DNA of 64,000 nt from an uncultured Muribaculaceae bacterium (GCA_964396655.1 CAYNFP010000001.1:70773-134772); one strand, 5' to 3'. Positions 10,116-19,051 are shown, counted from the stretch's first letter. Numbers and translations: made by a program. The notes: generated by a model not told the origin, from the sequence alone.

Positions 10116-10928
10116 ATGTATAATAGTGAAGAAGAATTTTTAAAAAATTATGATTCAAGTAAATTTGAAAAATTATCTGTAACAACTGATATATTGATTG
10201 TATCAGTATCAGATGAACCTAGTTCAAACTATAGAAAAACCAATAAAAAGCATATGAGTATTTTACTAGTAAAAAGAGATAGTTATCCTTTTAAAGATAA
10301 GTGGTGTTTACCTGGAGGATTTTTAGATATTAAAGAAAACTTAAATGATTGTCCATTGAGAATATTAGAAAGAGAAACAAACTTGAAAAATATTTATTTG
10401 GAACAATTATATACATTCGGGGAAGTTAATAGAGATCCAAGAATGCGTATAGTTTCTACAGCTTATATGGCTTTAATTGATAAAAACAAATTAAAAGAAA
10501 ATATAAATCCTGATGCTTCTTGGTTTGATATAACTTTTTTTAAAAATGAAGATAATGTAGATATTATCTTAGATAATGGAAAAACAACAATTAAATTTAA
10601 GGCTAAAAGAACACTTAAAGATAAAACAACAGATAAATTTGAATATGAAATTATTGAGAATAACTCATTAGCATTTGATCATGCATCTGTAATATTATTT
10701 GGATTAGAAAGATTAAAAAATAAAATACAATATACTGATATAGTATTTAATATGATGCCTGAACATTTTACTTTAGGAGAATTACAGCAAGTATATGAAG
10801 TAATTTTAAATAAAAAATTATTAGATCCGGCTTTTAGAAGGATAATTGCTTCTAAAGTAGTTAAAACATCAAAAGTAAAAACGGGTGGAGGACATAGGCC
10901 TTCCGCATTATTTAAATACAAAAAATAA
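10116..10928 (+). CDS. nrtR: NrtR-like regulator (Nudix-related domain with a C-terminal winged-helix)
   Basis: A degenerate Nudix box (GGFLDIKENLNDCPLRILERETN) with a C-terminal ~100-aa extension. Located at the end of the NAD salvage locus, as is typical for NrtR. Confidence 0.55.
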   Translation: MYNSEEEFLKNYDSSKFEKLSVTTDILIVSVSDEPSSNYRKTNKKHMSILLVKRDSYPFKDKWCLPGGFLDIKENLNDCPLRILERETNLKNIYLEQLYTFGEVNRDPRMRIVSTAYMALIDKNKLKENINPDASWFDITFFKNEDNVDIILDNGKTTIKFKAKRTLKDKTTDKFEYEIIENNSLAFDHASVILFGLERLKNKIQYTDIVFNMMPEHFTLGELQQVYEVILNKKLLDPAFRRIIASKVVKTSKVKTGGGHRPSALFKYKK

Positions 10929-10939
10929 AAGGAGTTAAA

Positions 10940-11323
10940 ATGAAAAGTAAAAAGGGTTTTACATTAATTGAATTAATAGCAGTTATAGCTTTAGCTTCGA
11001 TTATTGTTGTGATAGCGGTATATTCTGTAAAAGATGCTGGAAGTAATATAAAAGCAAAAGATTATGAAAATAAAATAAATCTTATAGAAACCTCTGCAAT
11101 TTTTTATGCTCAGGATAATATAACAAGTTATCCTCAGACTATAACAATACAAGATTTAATAGAAAGTAAATATTTAGAAGTTGATATAGAAGAAAATAGT
11201 ACTACTTGTACAAGTGGAAGTGGCTGTCTATTAAATCCCATAAATAATAGTTCTATGAATGCATTAGAAATAATAATTTCAAAAGTAAATAATAATGTAG
11301 TAGCAGAAGTTCAAAATAATTAA
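10940..11323 (+). CDS. prepilin-type N-terminal cleavage/methylation domain protein (ComGC / type IV pseudopilin-like)
   Basis: N-terminus MKSKKGFTLIELIAVIALASIIVV carries the class III signal (G|FTLIE) followed by a hydrophobic helix. No other pilus or competence genes are nearby. Confidence 0.7.
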   Translation: MKSKKGFTLIELIAVIALASIIVVIAVYSVKDAGSNIKAKDYENKINLIETSAIFYAQDNITSYPQTITIQDLIESKYLEVDIEENSTTCTSGSGCLLNPINNSSMNALEIIISKVNNNVVAEVQNN

Positions 11324-11383
11324 TAAATATCAATTATTTCCTTGATATTCCGCCAATTATATGTTATTATTACTATGCTTTAT

Positions 11384-11460
11384 GGCGGTATTGGTGAAGT
11401 GGTTAACACGGTAGATTGTGGTTCTATTATACGTGGGTTCGATTCCCACATACCGCCCCA
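11384..11460 (+). tRNA. tRNA-His (anticodon GTG) with encoded G-1 and 3' CCA
   Basis: Hand-folded cloverleaf. G-1 pairs with discriminator C73. Acceptor stem GCGGTAT/ATACCGC. Anticodon stem GTAGA/TCTAT with loop TTGTGGT. T-arm GTGGG-TTCGATT-CCCAC. CCA is encoded. Confidence 0.85.
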
Positions 11461-11472
11461 TAAGTAATTAAT

Positions 11473-11505
11473 CGAACCTTCCAATAGGAGGGTTCGTTTT
11501 CTTTT
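11473..11505 (+). terminator. rho-independent terminator after the tRNA (CGAACCTTCC-AATA-GGAGGGTTCG followed by TTTTCTTTT)
   Basis: 10-bp stem with one wobble pair and a 4-nt loop, then a T-tract. Related hairpins recur at 13117-13153 and, degraded, at 12150-12178. Confidence 0.6.
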
Positions 11506-11542
11506 AATAAAAAATGATATATAATTAAAAAGAGGTGTTAAT

Positions 11543-12103
11543 ATGAACGACAATATATTACAAAGGCCGTATATATCTTTTCACGGGTTAGGTGATTTCG
11601 ATATTTCTAAATTAAAGCGAATATTAATTATGGGAATCCTTCCAAATTCAATGTTGCCAGATATAAAGCCAAGAAATGAACTTTTAGGAAATAATGATAC
11701 GAAAGTTTATTTGGTAAAATCTCCATCACTGGTTGGAACAAAATTGGCTAGGGGTTATAGGGCATACATTGAAAATTGCCTTGGATTAGTAGTAGATTTA
11801 TTTCCGTTAGATCCTAACGAATCAATTAAACGTTCATTTCCAGATGCTGGATACTTAAATGGTGCAATTGCTGTTAAAAATATAATTGGAATCATATATC
11901 CTGCTAATTTAGGGACTAAGACAATTCGAGAATTAATAAAAAAAGAAGAACTTTCTTTTGATGTAGATGAGGAAATGCTAGATTTATCATTAGAAGATGC
12001 AATTAAGTTCTTGAATGTAAACGGTTTACCAATATATGATTCAATTTCTGGCCAAAAGATAACAGATTTAGAAATTGAACAATCTTCAAGAATTAATAGG
12101 TAA
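11543..12103 (+). CDS. hypothetical protein
   Basis: 186-aa ORF preceded by the junction module AAAATGATATATAATTAA and an RBS. No recognised motif. Confidence 0.45.
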   Translation: MNDNILQRPYISFHGLGDFDISKLKRILIMGILPNSMLPDIKPRNELLGNNDTKVYLVKSPSLVGTKLARGYRAYIENCLGLVVDLFPLDPNESIKRSFPDAGYLNGAIAVKNIIGIIYPANLGTKTIRELIKKEELSFDVDEEMLDLSLEDAIKFLNVNGLPIYDSISGQKITDLEIEQSSRINR

Positions 12104-12217
12104 AACATTTTGTGCCTATTGGAATATTGCTCCATTAAGATAGTAATCAAATTTTTCAATAGGGGGTTTCGTTTTTTTATAAAATATTTTATAATCTATA
12201 AATAGGAGGTTAATTTT

Positions 12218-12670
12218 GTGGAAATAAAAGAATTGCGTTCTAAAGGTATTTGCCCAACTTGTTATAATTTTGAACACGGAGGTGTTTACCCAGATTTAGG
12301 TAAAAAATTATTATATGAAGATGATTTATTAATGTGTTTTTTTGAATCAAGACCAAGGTCAAAAGGTCATACAATAATTTTAGTAAAAGAACATTATCAA
12401 GATATGTCTTATTTACCTGATGAAGTTTGTTCAAAGGTATATTTATTTGCTAAAGAAATGATGAATATCCTGAAGGAAGCACTTGATGTTGAAAGAGTTT
12501 ACTTATGTACTATGTGTGATGGAGAACCAAATCATTTTCACGTTCAATTAATACCTAGATATCCAGAAACTAAAATAGGTTCTACAAATTTTGTTAGAGA
12601 GAGGCAAGATTATATTGAAGATTTAGAGTTAATAGAACATATAAAAAATAAGTTAATATTAAAAAAATAA
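12218..12670 (+). CDS. HIT family protein (histidine triad nucleotide hydrolase/transferase)
   Basis: Histidine triad HFHVQLIP (HxHxHxx) plus an N-terminal CxxC motif. GTG start with an AGGAGG RBS. Confidence 0.7.
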   Translation: MEIKELRSKGICPTCYNFEHGGVYPDLGKKLLYEDDLLMCFFESRPRSKGHTIILVKEHYQDMSYLPDEVCSKVYLFAKEMMNILKEALDVERVYLCTMCDGEPNHFHVQLIPRYPETKIGSTNFVRERQDYIEDLELIEHIKNKLILKK

Positions 12671-12723
12671 ATTAAAAATATTTTGATTTGTGGTAATATG
12701 ATAAAATTAATATAGGTGATTTT

Positions 12724-13089
12724 ATGAATGAAAAAATAAATGAATTAAAATCTATTTTAAATAAATGTTGGGGTATTGATACGTGCTATTCTAAATGTAA
12801 AGATTATTGGAATGAAGAAAATAAAGCTTGTGGACAATGCGCTATAACGAGTGTAATAGTAAAAAATTATTTTGGTGGAGAAATCAGAAAAACTATTGTT
12901 AACGATATGGCACACTATTTTAATTATATAAATGAAGAAGTAATTGATTTGACAAGAGAACAATTTAAAAATAATGATATAGATTATTCCAATTATAAAA
13001 TTAAAAGTGTAGAAGAAATATTAGAAAATGATGATACAAAGAGAAGATATGAGATTTTAAATTCAAGAGTTAATATATATACTAAATAA
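12724..13089 (+). CDS. YunG-like small protein
   Basis: 121 aa. Pattern CWGIDTCY...CGQCAITSVIVKNYFGG resembles the Bacillus YunG family as recalled from memory; not verified. Confidence 0.35.
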   Translation: MNEKINELKSILNKCWGIDTCYSKCKDYWNEENKACGQCAITSVIVKNYFGGEIRKTIVNDMAHYFNYINEEVIDLTREQFKNNDIDYSNYKIKSVEEILENDDTKRRYEILNSRVNIYTK

Positions 13090-13184
13090 TATTAAATGGT
13101 TTGTAAGAGAGTAATTGAACTTTCCGTTAGGATGGTTCGTTTTCTTTTTTTTTAAAATGATATATAATTAAGTAGGTGATAAAG

Positions 13185-13655
13185 ATGAATATTGAATTGA
13201 AAGAAATAAATATTAGAGAAGCAAAAGAAAAAGATATCGAAATTGTGCACAAACTTGGTCAAAATATAAGTGGGTTTGAAGTAGCATCAGAAGTGGTTAC
13301 TTTTTGGCCATTTAAGTTACTAAAAAATTCTGTTAATAAAGATGATGTTATTTTTCTTGTAATAGAAAAAAAGTTAAATATAATAGGTTTTTTAATTATG
13401 AATCTTAACTACTCGTTGTCAAAAGGCGAAATAGAAGATGTTTTTATTGTTGAAGAGGAAAGAAATAAAGGATATGGAAGCACCTTATTAAATAAAAGTA
13501 TAACTATTGCTAAGAGTAAAGGTATTGAATATAAAATAGAGTATATCAATGCTTTAACAAATTCCGCTGAAGGTTTCTTTCAAAAAAACAACTTTATTAG
13601 AGGTAATAAATTTACTTGGTTTAGTTTACCGCTTACTAATATATTTAAAAAGTAA
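13185..13655 (+). CDS. GNAT family N-acetyltransferase
   Basis: Acetyl-CoA binding motif A (VFIVEEERNKGYGSTLL). The ATG at 13185 follows a TAGGTGA RBS. ORF track lists a GTG at 13176. Confidence 0.7.
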   Translation: MNIELKEINIREAKEKDIEIVHKLGQNISGFEVASEVVTFWPFKLLKNSVNKDDVIFLVIEKKLNIIGFLIMNLNYSLSKGEIEDVFIVEEERNKGYGSTLLNKSITIAKSKGIEYKIEYINALTNSAEGFFQKNNFIRGNKFTWFSLPLTNIFKK

Positions 13656-13779
13656 GTTGGAAATATATAAAAAATATTTTGGGTTTGTTAAAAAAAGTTG
13701 CTCATATTTTTTAAATTTGAGTAATTTTATTTAATTTATTTTTTTATTTTTTATAGTATAATTGAATTGGGTGATATAA

Positions 13780-14520
13780 ATGAATATAGAAAGAAAAACA
13801 GTTTTAATAACTGGTGGTAGCAGTGGGATTGGTAAACAGATTGCTATTTTGTTTGCTTCCAATAACTATTCGGTAACTATAGTAGGACGAGATGAAAATA
13901 AATTAAAAAAAGTAAGTAATATTTATAATTATATAAAATATTTTGTATGTGATTTAGAAAATCAGAATGATATATTGAAGATGTTGAATTCAATTAATAA
14001 TATAGATGTTTTAATAAATTGTGCTGGGACTATAAATTCTATTGAAGAAAAAGCAGAATATGATTTTGAGACATTAAATAAAGTAATAGACATAAATTTA
14101 AAAGCAACAATCTCAACATCATTATTATCACTTGAAAAGATGATAAAGAATAAAATTAAGGGAGTTATTATTAACATTGGCTCGATTGTTGCAAAAAACG
14201 GATCAAAATTTTTCCCTATATATTCTGCATCTAAGGGTGGACTTGTTTCTTTTACTAAGTCAATAGCATCGCGTTTTGGTGAATATGGTATAAGATGTAA
14301 TATTATTTCTCCAGGAGTAATAAAAACACCAATGTCTTATATAGAAACACCGGATTTTGATGATTATATTGAAAGCATAGAAGATAGAACGCCATTGAAG
14401 AGATTGGGAAATACTAATGATATAGCAGAGTTAGCGCTATTTTTAGCATCAGAAAATTCATCATTTATAACTGGTCAAGAAATTATTATAGATGGTGGAT
14501 ATACATTATCTCAAGAATAA
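13780..14520 (+). CDS. SDR family short-chain dehydrogenase/reductase
   Basis: TGGSSGIGK Rossmann motif and YSASKGG catalytic YxxxK. Confidence 0.85.
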   Translation: MNIERKTVLITGGSSGIGKQIAILFASNNYSVTIVGRDENKLKKVSNIYNYIKYFVCDLENQNDILKMLNSINNIDVLINCAGTINSIEEKAEYDFETLNKVIDINLKATISTSLLSLEKMIKNKIKGVIINIGSIVAKNGSKFFPIYSASKGGLVSFTKSIASRFGEYGIRCNIISPGVIKTPMSYIETPDFDDYIESIEDRTPLKRLGNTNDIAELALFLASENSSFITGQEIIIDGGYTLSQE

Positions 14521-14630
14521 GGAGAATAATTTTATCTAACTGGCTTTATTATTAGAATAATTGGACTTTAAATAGAGATTGATTTATTTTTATTAAAAAT
14601 GATATATAATTAAAATATAGGTGGTTTAAA

Positions 14631-15146
14631 ATGTTAGAAAAATACACGATTAAAAAAGCTAACGTTGAAGAATTTGATCACATTAAAAAAATATTTGAGG
14701 CAGTTAAAGAAGATTTGAAAAAAAGAGAAATTATCATGTGGATCGACAAATAGCCACTTGATGTTATTGAAGAAGATATTAAAATTGGTTCAATGTATGT
14801 TTTAGAAAATGAAAAAAATTATATTTTAGGATGTTTTACTTTATTAAAAAATGATGATTTATATAAGAATATCAAATGGAAATTAAACGGGAAAAGTTTA
14901 TATATTGAAAGAGTAGTTATTAGCCCAGAAATGCAAGGTAAAGGTTTAAGTAATAAGATTATGAATTTTATTATTAACTATGCTAAAGAAAATAATTATG
15001 AAGTTATAAAATTAACTGTTTTGGAAACAAATACTCGTGCTTATTCTTAATACAAAAAGTATGATTTTTCTGAAGTAGATAAAGGTTCACATATGACCAG
15101 AAGTGGCAGAATAGCAATAGCTATGGAAAGGGAAGTTTTTTTATAA
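14631..15146 (+). pseudogene. GNAT acetyltransferase pseudogene (paralog of 16516..17031) with two in-frame nonsense codons
   Basis: Full-length in-frame alignment to the intact copy. TAG at 14751-14753 replaces a Tyr codon and TAA at 15048-15050 replaces a Leu codon. Preceded by the AAAAATGATATATAATTAA module. Confidence 0.75.
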
Positions 15147-15187
15147 AAAAATCAAAAAAAGTAAGAATAATTTAATTGGAGGAATAT

Positions 15188-15847
15188 ATGAAAATAACTA
15201 AATATCCGCAATCTTGTTTAATGGTTGAAACCGAAAGGGGTAAAATATTAGTTGATCCAGGAATATTAAAATATAAAGAAGAATATTTTCAAGAATGGAA
15301 TAAGGCTGATGCTATATTGCTAACTCATTGGCATAGAGATCATGTCAATGCTGAAGTTCTTAAAAAAATGAGAGCACCTATATATTCTACTTTAGAAGTA
15401 CAAAATCATTATCCGGAATTAAGAATTAGAATAATTAGTGAAAAAGATGATATATGGCTTGATTATATGTCTGTTTATGTAAAAAAAGCTGTTCATGGAT
15501 ACAATCCTAATTTAAAGGGTGGTAAAGAAGTTTTAGAAAATGTTGGTTATCTTATAGATGATATTCTTGGTGGAAATGACAATAGGCTTTATGTAACAAG
15601 TGACACAATATGTTTTGAACCTAATTTTAAAGCTGACATCGTTGCATTACCTGTAACAGGATATGGATTAACAATGTCTAGTTATGAGGCAGCTTTATTT
15701 GCAAAAGAATTAGGGGCTAAATTAGTATTGCCAATTCATATGGATAATGAACTATATCCTACAGATTTAGAATTAATGAAAAAGAATTTTGAAAAATTTG
15801 ATATAAATTATAAGGTTTTAGAAATTGAAGAAACCATAGAAATATAA
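15188..15847 (+). CDS. MBL-fold metallo-hydrolase
   Basis: HxHxDH motif (LLTHWHRDH). The ATG at 15188 follows a TTGGAGG RBS. ORF track lists a TTG at 15176. Confidence 0.7.
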   Translation: MKITKYPQSCLMVETERGKILVDPGILKYKEEYFQEWNKADAILLTHWHRDHVNAEVLKKMRAPIYSTLEVQNHYPELRIRIISEKDDIWLDYMSVYVKKAVHGYNPNLKGGKEVLENVGYLIDDILGGNDNRLYVTSDTICFEPNFKADIVALPVTGYGLTMSSYEAALFAKELGAKLVLPIHMDNELYPTDLELMKKNFEKFDINYKVLEIEETIEI

Positions 15848-15978
15848 AAAACAATCCCACAAGGATGAAAATTTTATAAATTAGATTTTTTGTGTCTATT
15901 GGAATATTGCTCCATTAAAAAATAAATGAATTATATAATTAGGGAATAAAAAAACTAGGCTAACCTAGTTTTTTAGTT

Positions 15979-16188
15979 TCATTCTATAATTGAAACATTT
16001 ACTGCTCTGTTTTTTGAATTCTTCGGATCAACTTCAACATCATATGAAACTTTTTGTCCTTCTTTAAGTTCTGTAAGTCCATCTTTAAGTGCTGAAACGT
16101 GTACGAAAATTTCTTCTTCAACTTCATCATTTTTGATAAATCCAAAGCCTTTAACGCTATTGAAAAATTTAACTGTACCTGTTTTCAT
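15979..16188 (-). CDS. cold-shock protein (CspA family)
   Basis: [18 protein letters not shown] with RNP motifs. 69 aa. Confidence 0.9.
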   Translation of the reverse strand: MKTGTVKFFNSVKGFGFIKNDEVEEEIFVHVSALKDGLTELKEGQKVSYDVEVDPKNSKNRAVNVSIIE

Positions 16189-16515
16189 GTTATACCTCCT
16201 TAATCTTGATTATACCTCTTTAAATAATAATAAATTACGAGATTCGGAAGTATGCATTAAGCATATCATATTTAACACTACTCGTCAAATTTATATTTTA
16301 AAAAAGAGTGCCTTATGTTATTGAGTTATAAAAGCACTAACAAACTCTTAATTAATAAGAGTCTGTTTTTTAATTTAATATATAATAAAAACAAACGAAC
16401 CAGAAAAATACAACAATATATTAGTAGCTATAATAAAATATTTAGAATTGAATAACAAAGAATATATAGTTAATCATTTTTAAATATAGTATAATAAAAT
16501 TAAGGTGATTTTCAA

Positions 16516-17031
16516 ATGTTAGAAAAATACAATATTAGAAAAGCCAATATCAAAGAATTTGATGGTATTAAAAAATTATTTAAGGCAATCAAAGAAGATT
16601 TAAAAAAAAGAGAAATTGTTATGTGGACTGATAAATACCCCCTAGATGTTATTGAAGATGATATAAAAACTGCTTCGATGTATGTTTTAGAAGATGAAAG
16701 AAATAACATTGTGGGTTGCTTTACCTTGTTGAAAGATGATGAATTATACAAGAATATTAAATGGAAATTAGATGGAAATAGTTTATACATTGAGAGAGTA
16801 GTTATTAGCCCTGAAATGCAAGGGCAAGGCTTTAGTAATAAAATTATGGATTTTATTATTAACTATGCTAAAGAAAATAAATATGAGATTATAAGATTGA
16901 CTGTTCTTGAATCTAATATACGGGCACACTCCTTATATAAAAAATATAATTTTTCTGAAGTAGATAGAGGTTCACATATGACTAGAAGTGGTAGAATAGC
17001 AATAGCAATGGAAAGAAATGTATATTTATAA
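16516..17031 (+). CDS. GNAT family N-acetyltransferase (intact paralog)
   Basis: 171 aa. QGQGFSNKIM motif A. Paralog of the pseudogene at 14631. Confidence 0.75.
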   Translation: MLEKYNIRKANIKEFDGIKKLFKAIKEDLKKREIVMWTDKYPLDVIEDDIKTASMYVLEDERNNIVGCFTLLKDDELYKNIKWKLDGNSLYIERVVISPEMQGQGFSNKIMDFIINYAKENKYEIIRLTVLESNIRAHSLYKKYNFSEVDRGSHMTRSGRIAIAMERNVYL

Positions 17032-17100
17032 AAAAATGACTCCGATATGGAGTTTGTTTTTTTATTTTAAATAATATATAATTAAGTTAGGTGAATATGT

Positions 17101-18081
17101 ATGATAGATTTTAATTTTATAATAGATTCTAATTATGTTGCTTTTTGGCTTTTAAGAAGAATTAATACTACTGAAGATAAAGAATTAATTGACCTAAAAG
17201 AAAAGCTATTAGGAAAACATAAAAAAGGATATAGTAAGTTAAAAGGAAAAGAATTATTAAATATTAAAATATATATTGATTATTTAAAAGGTAGTAATCT
17301 TATTAAAGAATTAGTAAGTAATGAAAATTTTAAAAATTTTCATAAAAATAAATTTAGTAATATGGGTGAATATGAATTAGCAATATCTATTTTAATGAAT
17401 ATTATTCAAGTTGAAGATTCAAATATAAATAATTTAAAAAATATTCTTTGGAATAAATATAATGAAGACTATAAAAAATTGCTTTGGAGCATGAATGAAA
17501 ATGTAGAAGTATATATGGAAGATTCTGATGTAAAGGAATTAATTGAAGAATTTAAAAAGACAGAAATTTTTAATAAATTATTAGAAGAAACAAGAGAATA
17601 CTATGAAAAAATTAAGTATGAATGGAATAGTAGAAAAAATGAAATTAATAAGTTTTTAAACACATATTTAAGAATAAGTTTTAATTGTCTTCCAAATACA
17701 TATATAGTTCATCCGATTTCTCATGTGGGTTGCAATTATGATGGAAAAATTATATGGGGTCATACAAAGGGATTAAGCGATATTTTTTATAACTTAGCAT
17801 ACTTGGTTCATGAAAGCTTACATATAATTTTACCTCCAATTTCTAATATAGTTGATGGAGAATATATTAATCATGCAGTTATTGAAATGATTTCGGATTA
17901 TGAATTATATAGTTTATTATCAAAAAAAGATAAATTTGGAGAAGGGCATCCGTTCTTAAGAGAATATAAAGAAAAAATATATCCGTTTTGGCAAAAATAT
18001 AAAGAATCAGAATTAAAAGATTTAAATATAAGACAATTTGAACAGTATTTATTTGAAGAAATATTTAGTATAATCAAATAA
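17101..18081 (+). CDS. hypothetical protein with an HExxH motif (possible zinc-dependent hydrolase)
   Basis: 326 aa. LVHESLHII with a downstream E (AVIEMISDYE). Preceded by a junction module variant. Confidence 0.4.
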   Translation: MIDFNFIIDSNYVAFWLLRRINTTEDKELIDLKEKLLGKHKKGYSKLKGKELLNIKIYIDYLKGSNLIKELVSNENFKNFHKNKFSNMGEYELAISILMNIIQVEDSNINNLKNILWNKYNEDYKKLLWSMNENVEVYMEDSDVKELIEEFKKTEIFNKLLEETREYYEKIKYEWNSRKNEINKFLNTYLRISFNCLPNTYIVHPISHVGCNYDGKIIWGHTKGLSDIFYNLAYLVHESLHIILPPISNIVDGEYINHAVIEMISDYELYSLLSKKDKFGEGHPFLREYKEKIYPFWQKYKESELKDLNIRQFEQYLFEEIFSIIK

Positions 18082-18092
18082 AGGAGAAAATT

Positions 18093-18431
18093 ATGAATTT
18101 TAATATATCTAAAGTAAAAATAATTGTTACTTCACCGATTGAAAATGCAGAAGAAATAAGAAAAGCCCTTGGTGATGCAGGTGCTGGTGTTATTGGAAAT
18201 TATTCACATTGTAGTATTTCTGAAAGAATTGTAGGCACATTTAAAGGAAATGATGCTACTAATCCATATATTGGAGAAAAAAACAAATTAGAAGTAGTTC
18301 AAGAAGAAAAAATTGAAGTTCAATGTGACATAAAAATAATTAAAGAAGTTTTAAAAAAATTGAGGGAAGTTCATCCATATGAAGAGCCTGCAATAGATAT
18401 TGTACCTTTAATTAATGAAGAAGATTTATAG
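18093..18431 (+). CDS. small PII-like (CutA / Nif3-insert-domain-like) protein
   Basis: 112 aa. C-terminal HPYEEPAIDIVPL resembles the conserved C-terminus of the PII-like CutA/Nif3 insert fold. Confidence 0.35.
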   Translation: MNFNISKVKIIVTSPIENAEEIRKALGDAGAGVIGNYSHCSISERIVGTFKGNDATNPYIGEKNKLEVVQEEKIEVQCDIKIIKEVLKKLREVHPYEEPAIDIVPLINEEDL

Positions 18432-18457
18432 TTGAAGTTATCTTAGAAAGGATTGTT

Positions 18458-19051
18458 ATGGAAAAATTAATTTTGTTAGATTTTGTAAAATCAATACTTG
18501 AATTTATGAAAAAGAACCCAACATGTTTTAATTCTGAAAAGTTGGATATAATGTGCAATATGATAGATTACATAAATAATTATGTAAGTGATGAAGAAGC
18601 TACTATGATAAACAGACAAATACAAGCTATTAAAAATACATTAAATCTTGAAAGTGAAGATTTTGGTTATGGAGATAACTTTAATGAAGAATTTAATAAA
18701 AAAGATTTGATGTCACTTGCAACAATATATTTAATGGCATTAAGCAAAGATAAAAAAATATATACTGTTGATGATAGTTTTATTTATTATATTATAAATA
18801 GTTTAAGAGGAATAGAGTATAAACATTATTCTAATTTATTAAAAGGTTTACTTTATCAAAGATTGTTAGATGGCATAAAATTAATTCAAGAAACTGAACC
18901 TTTAAACATAGATAGAATAAGGATAACTTTCAATACTTTAATTGATTCAAAAACAATAGAAAATGATATGACTGAAGAAGAATTTGAAAAAATTATGCAA
19001 GATTATTTAGAAAAAAGGTCGATACCAATAAATCCTTTACACAAAAAATAG
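18458..19051 (+). CDS. hypothetical protein
   Basis: 197-aa ORF followed by a terminator hairpin (AATCGAACTGA...TCAGTTCGATT plus T-run at ~19064-19100). Confidence 0.45.
   Translation: MEKLILLDFVKSILEFMKKNPTCFNSEKLDIMCNMIDYINNYVSDEEATMINRQIQAIKNTLNLESEDFGYGDNFNEEFNKKDLMSLATIYLMALSKDKKIYTVDDSFIYYIINSLRGIEYKHYSNLLKGLLYQRLLDGIKLIQETEPLNIDRIRITFNTLIDSKTIENDMTEEEFEKIMQDYLEKRSIPINPLHKK

Noticed and set aside
3161-10928. NAD-related gene cluster as a possible NAD-depleting anti-phage system.
   Set aside because: All components are canonical salvage or biosynthesis enzymes (PncA, PncB, NadD, NadE, PnuC, NadR) with an NrtR-type regulator. No SIR2, TIR or SEFIR NADase-like effector is present. This is a housekeeping salvage regulon.
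14793-15050. 85-aa ORF called as an independent small GNAT gene.
   Set aside because: It is the middle segment of the 14631-15146 GNAT pseudogene. The flanking in-frame sequence aligns to the intact paralog on both sides of the stop codons.
16133-16324. 63-aa + strand ORF overlapping the cold-shock gene start and its upstream region.
   Set aside because: It overlaps the csp coding sequence in antisense and what is likely the csp 5' UTR on the opposite strand. No RBS and no conservation signal.
11384-17100. Interpreting the accessory array as a classical integron or as a tRNA-integrated genomic island.
   Set aside because: No tyrosine-recombinase integrase, no attC-like imperfect palindromes of integron type, and no direct repeat of the tRNA 3' end were found. 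I kept it as an unusual modular array rather than naming a known element class.
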